From positions 12,336,006 through 12,400,005 of the forward strand of contig NC_083448.1 of NCBI RefSeq assembly GCF_020745735.1: a stretch of 64,000 bases of DNA, given 5' to 3'. The notes under the pieces were generated by a model, which was not told where the DNA came from, did no database searches, and was given only the letters and a program-made list of their open reading frames with translations. Each line of letters starts with the position of its first letter. Within the stretch, counting starts at the first letter, position 1. This document shows positions 38,100-51,700 of this stretch, piece after piece. This stretch comes from Hemiscyllium ocellatum (taxonomy: Eukaryota). The translations under genes and the position numbers were made by a program.

Positions 38100-39050
38100 G
38101 TGGAGGACACGTTGAGACTGGTGTCAGCAAATTTCGGGTTGCTGGCCGGAACGTCTTCTCACACAGGGTCCTCGATTCATGGCTTGGCTTCTCAGATGGA
38201 GCAGCCTGGAGAAAGAAACCTCTGGAACCAGCGAAGGAACAGCTGGGGACCTTGTCATGTTGGGTCTCAGGCGGACGGATAAAGAGGGGGCGAATGGCCT
38301 CTCTCTTTCGCAGAAATGGTCAGCAGGCGGACACTCTGAAAATCGGGGCAAGTTGAAGCAGCGGGAATGCTCGGTATTTAACTGCCAATTTCTGTCAGTT
38401 TTCCCGACAACCTGCTTCTCGCTGCACAGGCAGCGACTGCGCACCACCCCCGTGCGGGGGGAGTGCGCGTGCGCGGAGCGATGGGCCTCTCCGCCGCAAC
38501 CCTTGCCCCCCGGGGGTGGAGAGCCGCGCGTGCGCACTGCCGAGCCGCGGGAATTTTTGAATCCGGATCGAAGTAACGGTAAAACCGAGCGAGACCCCCG
38601 CCCTCGGGTGGACGACAGCGACGTTGCGGGGTGAGAGAGGGGGGGGGGGGGCTAAAAATAAACAGGCATCCACATTGTTCAGGTCGGTTGCGGGCCCGGA
38701 CCGTGTGCGGAGAGCCGCAGATTGGGTTTCTTTCATTGCTCGCGTCTTGGATTTGAGCGGGCGGATAAAACTAGGCCTCCATCCGTCAGGAAACTGAGGC
38801 CAATGTCGTCGATCCGCATCGGAACGGAGCCGGGGTGGATGTCTTCACCCGACACCGGGCGGATCGCGCCGGTGGTCGGTCGGTGTAGGCTGAGCCAGGC
38901 CGGGGATGGTCGAAATTCGACCCCGCGCCTGCGAGCTTGGTCTGAGACGCCTTCCTGCTTTAGTCGAGAAGTCCCTGCAGCCGTCCTTCCGCAGATCAGC
39001 CCAGCCACGAGAATAGCCGAGCGTGATTCAAACAAGTTGCCCAGATGTCT
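38100..39050. promoter_or_regulatory. CpG island / NCAPH promoter with CDE-CHR and NRF1-like sites; probable non-coding exon 1 ending at 38630
   Basis: High CpG density; gcggg-aatt-TTTGAA (38547-38561); tgcgcgtgcgc (38464) and gcgcgtgcgca (38526); donor ggg|gtgaga at 38630/38631. Confidence 0.75.
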
Positions 39051-39074
39051 CGTCTAACAAAAAGTGTAAATTGC

Positions 39075-39290
39075 GGGTGGCTGGGAAGCTGAACCAGAAG
39101 CAGAAGTTGCTGCAGAAACTCAACAGGCATGCCCCAGCCTCTGCAGAGAGAAAGCAAAGTTGCGAATCCAGTGAACCTTCTTCAGCACGGTTCGCAGTTC
39201 TGAAGAAGGGCGACAGGACTCGAAGCCACAATGCTGCTTTTTTCCCTCTACCTGCTGAGCTTTTTCCCAGCAATTTCTGTTTTTGTTGTC
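39075..39290. mobile_element. Hammerhead mini-element family B, inverted pair, in NCAPH intron 1
   Basis: ccttcttcag (minus-strand core) faces ctgaagaaggg at 39200; arms cagaagttgctgcagaaactcaacagg / cctgctgagctttttcccagcaatttctg. Confidence 0.6.
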
Positions 39291-39537
39291 AGGGATCTCA
39301 CTTGTTTCCGGTTGCCATAACCAATTGCATTTCTTGGTGTCCGAGGTTCCCGTTGACACCGCTTGTACTTCAAGAGATGCTTTGCCAGTGTACAAGATAA
39401 ATGAAAATCATCACAAAAAGTCGATCCAAAACCTCCACTGTAATGGCACCCATGCGCTGAGTTACCATTCGCATGATGGTTGAGTGTGAAACTTTGCCTT
39501 GGTGTTCTTATGTTGTACTTGTTTCTCACAGGGCAAA

Positions 39538-39755
39538 ATGGATTATTCAACTTCAGTGTCTCGAGTCGGGTCGACTGACCACAAGTTTATTTCTCCAGCG
39601 ACAAAGCGGCAGGCTGTTCAGAGTCTTAAGACCTCTGCAAAAATGGATGTTGCAGCAAATGACGATGAACGTGAAAGGAGGGAGAGAAGACGCTCAAAAG
39701 TGACAGACTTGCAATTAAGTTGCACTGAGAGCCCTTTGATGTCCCCAGTGCCAAG
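39538..39755 (+). CDS. NCAPH: NCAPH exon 2 (first coding; acceptor at 39531)
   Basis: MDYSTS...[15 protein letters not shown]...; donor ag|gtacat. Confidence 0.9.
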
Positions 39756-42700
39756 GTACATCTCATTGCACTGTTTCATTCCAGCATGTATTTATGTATC
39801 ATTGCTCCAGAGTGAACACTTCTGCTTTTTTCTTGCTTGGTCCTAAAACCACAGTGTTCTGCAAGACCCTTCCTAATTCCCGTTACAGGTTCCTTCTCTT
39901 GCGATGTGTCAAAATTCTTGATTCAAGGTTTGTTTGGATCCTGAGCTGGGAGCGATTATCTTTTGATCTTGTGACAATTCATTCTGACTGTCATTCATTG
40001 TTGCAGGGGGACCCCACAATCCTTTGAACCCAAGCTGTCAAATAATCAGATATCTGAACACTATTCTACCTGCATCAAACTATGTTCTGAAAATGTAAGT
40101 GGATGTTGACCATTGTTCTGACTTCATAATCGATCCAGTTTTTCCCTTCACAGTGTTAAACTTGTTTAAAATTGGAAAGGAATTAGGCTTCTTGTACACT
40201 TTTGTCAAATGTGGACTGATGGGATGCATCCTTGGATATTGAAGTAAGTAGCTACAGAGATAGTGGATGCATTGGGAGTTATCGTTGACAAATCCTTTGA
40301 TTGTGGAAAAGTGTCAGAGTATTAGAAAACTGCCATTATTGAAGAAGGTACGGAGACAAAAAAGTACTTAGCTTGAGGCCAGTTAACTTCACAAATGTTA
40401 TTGAGAAGTATCAGAGTCCATTCTAAAGGCAGTAATAGCAGTGTGTTTAGAAATGCATGTTATGATCAGGCAGAGCCAGAGTGGTTTCATGGAAATTTGG
40501 CCTTCTTAATTTCAAAGGGAATGGAGTAGAAAAGTAGTAAGATGTTGCTTCAGTGTACAAGGCAAGAGTCAGACCGCAACTGGAATACTGTGAACATTTT
40601 TGCGCCTCTTATGTCAGGAAAGATATACTGGCATTGAAGGCAGTCCAGAGAAGATTCACTTAACTAGTACCATATAGACAGGGATGAGGAGAAATCGAGC
40701 AAGTTGGGTCTGTACTCAATGAAATTCAGGAACATACAAGATTATTTGGGAATTCATAGAGTACATTTGGAGAGGTAAACTTTTGACTTTGTGTGAGAGT
40801 CTTGGACCAGAAAGCATAATCTTTAAATAAAGGATTACACATATAAGACAGTTGAGCAGAAGTTTCTTCTCTCGGTGGGGAATAACTGGAATTCTTTCCT
40901 GTGGCACTGCTGTTGATATTGATTTGTTGAGTATATTCAAGGCTTTGATCGGCAGATTTTTTGTCAGTTAGGGAATGAAGGGTTGTGGAGATAAGGCAGT
41001 AAAGTGCAGTTGAGGATAATTAGATAAACGATGATCTCATTGGCAGAAGACACTTGATGGGCTGCTTGGCCTACTAGGTCTGGTTTGATTAAGATAGTAA
41101 TCACGCTGAGCTTGTTGAATTGCTTTTGAAAGGGTCACTATTTCTGCTAACAACCTTGGCATTCTGATCATGTGTTGTATTCTAAGATGTGAATCCCAAG
41201 ACTGCATTTACCAATCTTCATGTAAAGTGTTAAATATTTATAATTTTTAGAATTTTAATTTTGAAGTATTAGCATATGAGGTGGTGATTTTTCCTGCAAG
41301 GATTTAAAAACAAGCACTCGGTCGGGTCATAATTCTGGAATTAGGACCTCATCCAGGATGTGTCAGACAGTCAATGGAAGATGTGTTTTTATGTGATGGT
41401 TGTGACAAGTGAAATAATCATTGAGGAGCACATTGTTGGTTTGGCTCAGGGTTGATATGAGTTTAGAAAATCCAGAGTCAAAAGTTTTTGCATGATTTGG
41501 ATGAAACCTGTTGGGATCCATAACAAATGTATGTCCTCTTCAAGAAAAAGACTGTAGAATGGTTTCGGCACATGTACCGCAATCGAAAAGTATAGTTTAT
41601 GCACCTTCTCGACTGCGTGTATTTGGTTAGAAATGTTCAGATTATTGAAAAGCTGAGGAAATCGATGTTCTTAGATTGAGAGCTTTTACGTAAGCAGACT
41701 TAGTCCAGTATTTGACAGAAAAGAACTGTGGGGAATCAGTGACATGAAATTTCATGTTTTGGTAGGGAGGGGTAATGATTTGAATCACTGTGAAGGGAAT
41801 AGATTGAAACTTTATTTTACTGGTTATTGTGTTTTCTCGACTCAAATTGATCTATTTTCATCTTTTATGTAATAAAGACAAGGGTGTCTGTTTTGCTAAA
41901 CATGGATCCTTTCGCAATGAAGGAATTCAGACAATTTAACTGGACATTTAACTTAAAAACTGGAAATTGCTTTTACAACATGAAATATGAAGAAAGGGTT
42001 GCGAATACATAAAAGGTCTGTCAGCACCTGAGAAATGGTAGATGGGTTTTAGGTTTAAATCCGATATCATGCTGTTTATTTGTGGATTTTGTTTGTGTAC
42101 CATGTTAGTCTTCTGTGACATTTCTTCCTAAGCAAAAGTAATCAGTATAATTCATTTTGTTGACCATTGTTTGGATAAAATTCATGTTCTGGTTTTGAAC
42201 TTTTTTGGCCATTTCTCCACTGAAAGGATTAGTTGTTTTCAAATGTGTTTTCTTTCATGAAAGCTTCCTGTTGCTTCTTGAAGTATCTGTGGTAGATCAT
42301 GGATCTGTCAAGAAAAACTATCAAACTTGATTTGTGGAATGAGAAACTAATAATGGCTAAAATGCTGATACGTCTGCTCATTGCTAAAGTAGTACATAGA
42401 ACATTACAGCGCAGTACAGGCCCTTTGGCCCTCGATGTTGTGCCGACCTGTCATACCAGTCTGAAGCCCATCTAACCTACACCATTCCATGTACATCTTC
42501 CATGTATGCTTGTCCAATGATGACTTAAATGTACTTAAAGTTGGCGAATCTACTATTGCAGGCCAAGTATTCCATACCCTTACTACTTTCTGAGTAAAGA
42601 AACTACCTCTGACATCTGTCTTATATCTGTCACCCCTCACTTTGAAGCTATGCCCCCTCGTGCTCGCCGTCACCATTCTTGGAAAAAGGCTCTCCCTGTC

Positions 42701-45700
42701 CACCCTCTCTAACCCTCTGATTATCTTATATGTCTCTATTAAGTCACCTCTCAATCTTCTCTCTAACGAAAACAGCCTCAAGTCCCTCAGCCTTTCCTTG
42801 TAAGACCTTCCCTCCATACCAGGCAACATCCTAGTAAATCTCCGCTGCACCCTTTCCAAAGCTTCCACATCCTTCTTATAATGCGGTGACCAGAACTGCA
42901 CACAATACTCCAAGTGTGGCCGTATCAGAGCTTTGTACAGCTGTAGCATAGCATCATGGTTCCGGAACTTGATCCCTCTATTTATAAAAGCTAAATCACT
43001 CTGTCTTCATAACAACCCTGTCAACCTGGGTGGCAACTTTCAAGGATCTGTGTACCTGTTCACCGAGATCTCTCTGCTCATCTACACTACCAAGAAACTT
43101 ACCATTAGCCCAGTACTTTGCATTCCGGTTTCTCCAATCAAAGTGAATCACCTCACATTTGTCCGCATTAAACTCCATTTGCCACCTCTCAGCCCAGCTC
43201 TGCAGCTTATCTATGTCTCTCTGTAACCTACAACATCCTTCGTCACTATCCACAACTCCACCAACCTAAGTGTCGTCTGCAAATTTACTAACCCACATTT
43301 CTACGCCCTCATCCAGGTTGTTTATAAAAATGACGAACAGCAGTGAACCCAACACTGATCCTTGCGGTACACCACTAATAACTGGACTCCAGGATGAACA
43401 TTTCCCATCAACCACCACCCTCTGTCTTCTTTCAGCAAGCCAATTACTGATCCAAACTGCTATATCTCCCACATTCCCATTCCTCCGCACTTTGTACAAT
43501 AGCCTACTGTGGGGATCTTTAACGAACACCTTGCTGAAATCCATTTACCCCACATCAACTGATTTACTCTCATCTACCTGTTTGGTCACCTTTTCAAAGA
43601 ACTCAATAAGGTTTGTGAGGCACGACTTACCCTTCACAAAACCATGCTGACTATCCCTAATCAAATTATTCTTTTCTAGATGATTATAAATCCTATCTCT
43701 TCTAACCTTTTCCAAAACTTTACCAACAACTGAAGTAAGGCTCATTGGTCTATAATTACCAGGGTTGTCTCTACTCCCCTTCTTGAACAGAGGAACCACA
43801 TTTGCGATCCTCCAGTCTTCTGGCATTATTCCTGTAGACAATGACGATTTAAATATCAATGTCAAAGGGTCAGCAATCTCCTCCCTGGCTTCCAGAGGAT
43901 CCTAGGATAAATCCCATCCGGCCCAGGGGACTTATCTATTTTCTCACACTGCAGGATTTCTAATACCTCCTCCTTGTCAACCTCAATCACAACTAGTTTA
44001 GGAGCCTCTATCTCAGTAATCTCCTCGACAACGTTGTCATTTTCTAGAGTGAATACTGTTGAAAAATATTAATTTAGTGCTTCCCCTATCTCTTCTGACT
44101 CCACACACAACTTCCCAGTACTATCCCTGATTGGCCCTAATCTTACTCTCGTCATTCTTTTATTCCTTAAATACCTATAGAAAGCCTTAGGGTTTACCCT
44201 GATCCTATCTGCCAAAACTTCTCGTGTCTCCTCCTGGCTCTTCTGCACTCTCTGTTTCGGTTTTTCCTGGGTACTTTGACTCCCTCAAGCGCCCTAACCG
44301 AGCCTTCACATCTCATCCTAACATAAGCCTTCTAGTTGGTGTTGAAGAACTCAGAACATGTTCAGAAAAAAGTAATTGAAATTATTGCACTCATCAAGTA
44401 GCAACTAGTTTTGTGGAGTGTTCATCCGAGTCTCTGTGAGGAAAGACGTAAGGACTGTACGTGCCATGGAATTTTTATCAGATCACTCTCGAGTTACACT
44501 ACCAGATCTCTGGATGTCACAATTTCATGAGTATGAGTAAGTGGAAGTCAGGTTGCGAGGAGAAATTTGGACCAATGAAGGAAGTGGCTTGCACTCTGAA
44601 CATCAAAACTTAGGTGCAACAGACTTGAATTTGTTGCAATATAATCTAATTGCACTCTTTATTCTGTGACTTTCATAGAAAATCACCACAAAGAATGCAT
44701 TTGGTCTTCATTTGATTGATTACATGGCTGACCTCCTCAAGGAGAAGGAATCTGAACTCACTAACTTCAAGGTCAGAAAGACTTTAGACATCTTACTTTA
44801 TTGTACAGTCTGTTCTAATATAATGTAATAGTTGCGTTCCTGTGTGATTCCCGTGTTATAAGAAAAATCACATAATCGAAGCACCATTTAAAACAATGGG
44901 ATTGGAATTGCGTTATAGCCAATACAGTGAAGGAAAGTTCGCGCTCTTCAAATAATGGTCTAAATTCTTCAATTGCATTATAGCCAATTCCCATTGAGGA
45001 AACGTGTATTACAGCAGGAACGATTGTAATGTCTCTCGTGTGATTCAGTCAAAAGATCAAACTAACCTTTCAGACTTACGTGACTTCACGATGTGACTTG
45101 AGCGACTTCTATTAGTTCTAGTTGTTGTTCGTGACGCATCTTATTCATTTTGTTTCTACTGCAAATGTAAAGAATAAGGGCCCAAGTTGTATACTGTGGT
45201 ATTATCCATTCTAAATACCTCGGTTGGCAAATCTTGGAACCTCGTGTCTTAAACCAGTGAGTAGGGATAGCTCTTGATTGCAACAACATGTACAACTTAT
45301 ATGAATTTTAGTTTATTCTGCATGATTCCTGCCTTTTTTCTCAGTGACTGTGTCTCCAAATTTGATTGGCGTAAAGGGTTAGATGGACAGTGTTGATAAA
45401 AGGCATTCAAGTGTTTTACTAGCCATTATTGTATTCAAGGTTGAGCAGATTAAGTGGGCTGAATGGCCGACAACTATTCCTGTGATCCTCCAGGGCAATC
45501 CAACAAAGGTTTCTGTCCATGCTAGGTCTGTGGGTTATTGAATATGTCATCTTCTGACGACAAGTTCAGGCCATAGATAGTTCTCCAAAACTCTGATGTA
45601 CTTGGGTTCTGCAAACAAAAACTCTGGAAGTGAGAAGCAGGTGATGTGAAATCATCCACAAGGTATGAAATGTTGGTTGATAAAGTCACCTTTGCTGATT

Positions 45701-48700
45701 GTAGAACATTGATCTCTTAGCAATGCAAAGACAATTGCTCGAAGAAGACCTTTGCCAATGTGTGCAGTGTGTTGATGTGAGTGTTTTAGCAAATTTAGAA
45801 CTTCTTGATAGTTATTACTCAGAAATGTATTGAAGATCATTGTAATCATGCAAGTATTCATCAAATTCTAACTGTTGGTTGTGTATGCTTGAAGTACCCA
45901 CACTTTGTTTCATCTTTAATGGTTCTGGTCCACGGCCAAGATGCAGAGAGGCAACTCCTTTGATTTTTCTTATTTGTATTCCAGTGTGGATGTTGAACTT
46001 GATTCTCTGAAACTTTTGCCTTGTGTTTCTGTATAACTAGCTGGCCTTATCTTGTAGATAATCTTTCTGTGCTTATTAATTTTTTTTAAAACTTTGGACA
46101 GAATGTAAAAATAGTTCATTCCTCTGACCTGCCTCATCTTTTCGCACAATTATATGCTTTTTGCTAGTATCTTTAACCTTTCTCCTTATTCTTGGCTTTG
46201 AACTTAATTTTGTTGCTGGAACATATATTTTATGCATATTTTGGAAAATCCTTTAAATGTTTGCCACTGCACTCAATTGACTCATCCCTTAACTTCATTT
46301 GTTGATCACTGTAGTGAACTTGGCTTTCATGCTCTCTGTTGCCCTTGTGTCAGTTGAAATACTAGTCTTAAATCCACTCTTGTCTTCTTCAAACTAAATT
46401 TGGAATTCTGTCATTTATGATCCTTGCTCCCTTGAATGTCTTTTCTATAAGATCTTGAATCCTACTGAACTCAATATTGAGTCGAGAAGAATGTTTAGAG
46501 CTAGGACGAAAAATAATATGATGGTGCTTAGACTCAAATTCAAAGGAGCACAGTAATTTATCATCAGTCAAAAAGGCAGAGTAGTATCAAGGTACAGAGG
46601 CAGAGTAGTATCAAGGTACAGAATTAAAATTACATGGAACATGAAGCTGTCTGTTGGTGGATGGGGGTGGTGGGAGGCGAGGACAGGTGATGGTGGTGGT
46701 CTCTGCGGGGAGGTACTACAAATGGGCTCATCCACTCTACATTGGATCTTCAATACAAAGCAGAGGACATTGTGAACAGCAAATATACTTTGAATAATTT
46801 AATTTGTAACCTGCGTGTATGAGGCCAATTTATTAACCTGGTGTATTGACTATTGATCGAAGATGGCAGCTGGCACCTTGGATGCCAGTACGAAGATCTA
46901 TGCTGTGAGAGTGGATGCAGTACATTCGGATGTGTTCAGGATCCTGGGGGGCCTTGGAAAAAACACTGAAGAGCCAGGAACTGGTGAGTAAGGACAAATG
47001 TACATCTTGAACCTATTTTGAAAGGAAAACATAGCTTCAGTATTCATTAAAATTTTGTTCCATCATGATATCATTTGTGCAGTCATGAGAAAATGAGAGA
47101 CCAATCCTATCTTATTGAGAAATACGGTTTCATTTAACCCCCGTTTCAAGATATAAAAGAATATGTTTAGATTAGAGATTTGGGAAGTGTTCAGGCTTCC
47201 TTGATGTAAATGATATCATCCATCTGTGCATTCTTGCTTTTTGTCTTTCTGTTTTTTCTGTATATAGAGGTAAACCTTGAGTCTTCTGAAAGCCAAAATT
47301 CAAAAGGCCCTCAGAAGCAAAACAAAAGGAAGCACTCTTACAAAACCATTGAGCAGAACTTGAGCAATATCACGTATGGAGTCAGTGACATGAAGTTTGA
47401 GGTGAGATTAATTTGTTTTTTAATGTAGATGGCCAAGACATTCAACAGATCCCAGGAATCCCTCTGTGATTCATTAAGGAATTGCTTTAAGTGGAAAGGG
47501 TCAACAGGCTGCCCAACCAGACTTGGAATTTTGACTATGCTGAACCCTGTCTGACTTGACTCCAAACATTGAACCATGTCACAAAAATCACCTGAATGTT
47601 AATCTGGAACAGAAAGCATGCTTTCATATATTTGCATTAACTTTGAGCTGTAATATTATGCATCAAGAAATTGAATAGGTTCATTTCCTTGTCTTGTATT
47701 GTTTTACTGAATTCTGTAGTCCAAGTCTATGAAATCATTTGAGTCTGAATTATATTAAAAATGGATAAATTTTCTTTATGACCTTGATGAGGTGAAGAAT
47801 GAAAAGCAACTTGCATTTTCTAATATTTTAGTAAAAAATAAATGAAGAAAAGAAGACAAAAATATCTTTGTCTAAAGAAGTCAAATAAAGAATGGAAATG
47901 CCAATTAAGTTGAATGAACACCTTGTATTTTGCAGATTGATCCAATGTTCCAGAAGGCTGCTTCATTGTTTGATGAATGCAGTGCGGTGGGGGTTTTCAT
48001 GGTTAATCTGCAGACCTATGGACACATTGCTGAGCTGCTATTTGATTCCGATGCCAAACTTATCGATACTGGTCCTCCACCAGAGTTGCTGCCCATTGAC
48101 TATGTGGAGATACCTGATCTGAGAGGCAAGTTTTTTTAAAAATGATATGGCATGGTAACATTTCTGTGACCATAAGTTTGGTGTCACAAACAATTCATTA
48201 CCATATCTTTTTCTCCTCCTGCACTGAAGGGAGATCCATTGTATGTGGTTGTAGTCTCTCATCATTGACACAATAGTCACATTGCTGCTTCAAGGTAGAA
48301 CAGCAAAAGTGTTTGTTTTCTTCATGGCACTTTGTTTAGCTTGTTTAGTTGGTAGACTGTGATTGTCAATTTGACTAATGAAATGAAGTGAACTTTAAAG
48401 TGTTGCTAATGCACAGGAGGCCAGACAGCACCCGAGGGGCAGGAAAATCGAAGTTTATCAAGAAGAGCTTTTGCCCAAAACATCAATTTTCTTGCTCCTT
48501 GATGCTGCCTGACCTGCTGTGCTTTTTCAACACCACACTCTTGGCTCTAATCTCCAGTATCTGCAGTACTCACATTTACCCTGAAAGTGTTGGTGCCTAT
48601 TGGACAGTCATCTTGATAGGCTTTGTCAGCAGATGATCTTATTCTCTTCATTTTTGCTTTCTTGATCTGGCATACAGCCCATATTTTAAAAGATCTTGTG

Positions 48701-51700
48701 ACATTCATTCCAAGTGGCATTCTTCCTGCAGGGGCCTGGACAAGACATGTGAATTGGTTATCAATTCCAACAGAGCCAGTTTGGTTGATACTTGACTTGT
48801 TCCTCAAAAGCATCCCCTTTTTTTTTGGCTTGCAGTTGCCATCATTTACACCTGAGAACCTTGCCTTGTGTTGCAACAATCTGGCTTCAGCTTCATGCTG
48901 AAATGCAAGTCCTTGCAGTCCTGCACAGCTTGGTGCAGATCACCTTGCAGCATGTGCCACAGAGTTGGTTCAGGTGCATTGTCACTAATTTTACAGGAGA
49001 CATGAGATCAACTGAGTAAACGGCAATAGAATAAATCCAGTTACAATAATTTACTGGCCTTGTCCTTTGTATGATCTCAACAACTATGTTTTGATGTTTA
49101 TTACGTCAGCTTTAAGTTGACTGAGTACTGGCCCCTCAGCATTGTGTCCATTCTGCTTAACTATACATCGTTCTCAATTTATTTCTTGTTTGCATTAACT
49201 TCTAACAGGCCTTCAGCAGTCTTTGGATGACAAGAAGATCTGTCCTTCATTAGAAGATTTTCAGTTTACAAATTGGGACAGTGAGGCTCATAATCAGGTA
49301 CAGGAGACAGTCCATCACTGATCAGATGTCAATCAGTAGATTAAACAGTTACAATACCTTCAATGTTTTCAGCAAAATAAAATGGCTAAACTTTATGTGC
49401 GTGCACATTCCTTAGCTTGCAGGTTGTTTTTTTTTCAGGTGGTGTACTGCTGTGTTTATTTTGAACTCCAAATCATTAAGGTTGATCATATATAGAATCG
49501 ATATAGAATCAATTGATATTCTTATGAGTAAGTGCACAGCCAAAAGTATGCAATTTCTTCTTCTCCTCCTCAGGCTGTTTCTTTAATAATGGACAAATTC
49601 AAGAAAAGTGACCACTTATTCGATATGAATGCAGAGCCAGAATTTGCGACTGGTCAGCTGGGAAGCCATGACCCTGTGGTGGATGACTTTGATGGAGATC
49701 TTTGTGATGATGCTGGAGATCTGATGGACCAGGAATTTAAGAACCAGCAAGAATCCTCCATCATGGCAAATGGTCAAGGCTGGTAAGAAGGGTGATTTGT
49801 AAGCTCAAGAAACATTGATCAGTCACAGCAATTAGTAAAGCACAAGCAAAGTTTGTGAGAAGATTTGTAGCTCGGGTGCTCGTTGTTGTGGTTCTGTTCG
49901 CCGAGCTGGGAGTTTTTGTTGCAAACGTTTCGTCCCCTTTCTAGGTGACATCTTCAGTGCTTGGGAGCCTCCTGTGAAGCGCTTCTGTGCTGATTCCTCC
50001 GGCATTTATAGTGGTTTGAATCTGCCGCTTCCGGTTGTCAGTTGCTGTCCGCTGTAGTGGCCGGTATATCGGGTCTAGGTCGATGTGTCTGTTGATAGAG
50101 TCAGTAGATGAGTGCCATGCCTCTAGGAATTCCCTGGCTGTTCTCTGTTAGGCTTGCCCTATAATAGTGGTGTTGTCCCAGTCGAATTCATGTTGTTTGT
50201 CATCTGAGTGTATGGCTACTAAGGATAGCTGGTCATGTCGTTTCGTGGCCAGTTGGTGTTCATGGATGCGGGTTGTTAGCTGTCTTCCTGTTTGTCCTAT
50301 GTAGTGTTTTGTGCAGTCCTTGCATGGGATTTTGTACACTACGTTGGTTTTGCTCATGCTGGACAACTCACCAGGACAAAGGACCTGATACCCAGCATGA
50401 GCAAAACCAACGTAGTGTACAAAATCCCATGCAAGGACTGCGCAAAACACTACATAGGACAAACAGGAAGACAGCTAACAACCCGCATCCATGAACACTA
50501 ACTGGCCACGAAACGACATGACCAGCTATCCTTAGTAGCCATACACTCAGATGACAAACAACATGAATTCGATTGGGACAACACCACTATTATAGGGCAG
50601 GCCAAACAGAGAACAGCCAGGGAATTCCTAGAGGCATGGCACTCATCCATAGATTCTATCAACAGACACATCGATCTAGACCCTATATACCGGCCACTGC
50701 AGCGGACAACAACTGACAACCGGAAGCGGCAGATTCAAACCACTATAAATGCTGGAGGAATCAGCACAGAAGCGCTTCACAGGAGGCTCCCAAGCACTGA
50801 AGATGTCACCTAGAAAGGGGATGAAACGTTTGCAACAAAAACTCCCAGCTCGGCGAACAGAACCACAACAAAGCACAAGCAGTACATATCAAAATTTATT
50901 GCATATAAATTGAGTAAACTCTTGAAGGAAAACTGACAGGGTCGCTGAAAGAGCTAATCCATGTTATTTTGAGATCTGAGTCGGAGCAGTACCACTTGGA
51001 ACCAAACGTCTTTTGATCTGAGTTGAAAATGGTTGATTAACATACTTAATCTTTTTCATAGTAAAGAAACCATTCCTCTGTCAGATGTGGATTTCAACAG
51101 CCTCTGCGTCCAGCTGTCAAATCACCCAGGGGAATATTCCTACTTCAGCCCCAGAATCATGAAGATGTGGGCAGGTCCTAATCACTGGCGTTTCAGACCT
51201 CAACAAAAAGGTGGGTGTAGTTGGTGTACATGGCTGAATTCCTTGCCAGAGATGCTGAAGTTTCAGCATTTTTGTTTCACTGTGGTTAAATATTTGAAAT
51301 TGATTCCCTAAAGGCTGATTCTTTTTTCAGTAATATTGCAATTGGATCAGCCCGACACTTAGCAAATGATGGGGAAGGTTAAAGAACTCAGTGGTTGATT
51401 TCTGTGTCACTCTTCAGTATATTCATTTTTATTGGAAAATTTAATTCCATAGTGCACAAAAAGTCCACTGATTTAATGAAGCTTCTTAACTAACTACTCT
51501 CAATTGACTGAAGTTAATGCATGTAACTGAGTACTGTATGCAAAATAGCACTGGTGTAAAAATATGATCTGCACTTGTTGAATCAATGTTAAGTGATTCA
51601 ATGCACTTTCAATAATTTGTTTTTTTTTGTTTCTGGCAGAGCCAACTACTAATCAAAATAAGAAAAAACAAGCTAAGAAAATATTTGAAATTGACTTCAA

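Noticed and set aside
38033-39550. Many overlapping 100-150 aa ORFs
   Set aside because: These are expected in a GC-rich CpG island and show no protein motifs; NCAPH coding starts at 39538.
46574-46621. Perfect 24-bp tandem duplication
   Set aside because: It is an isolated intronic slippage-type duplication with no further structure; similar short duplications occur near 27962 and 54712.
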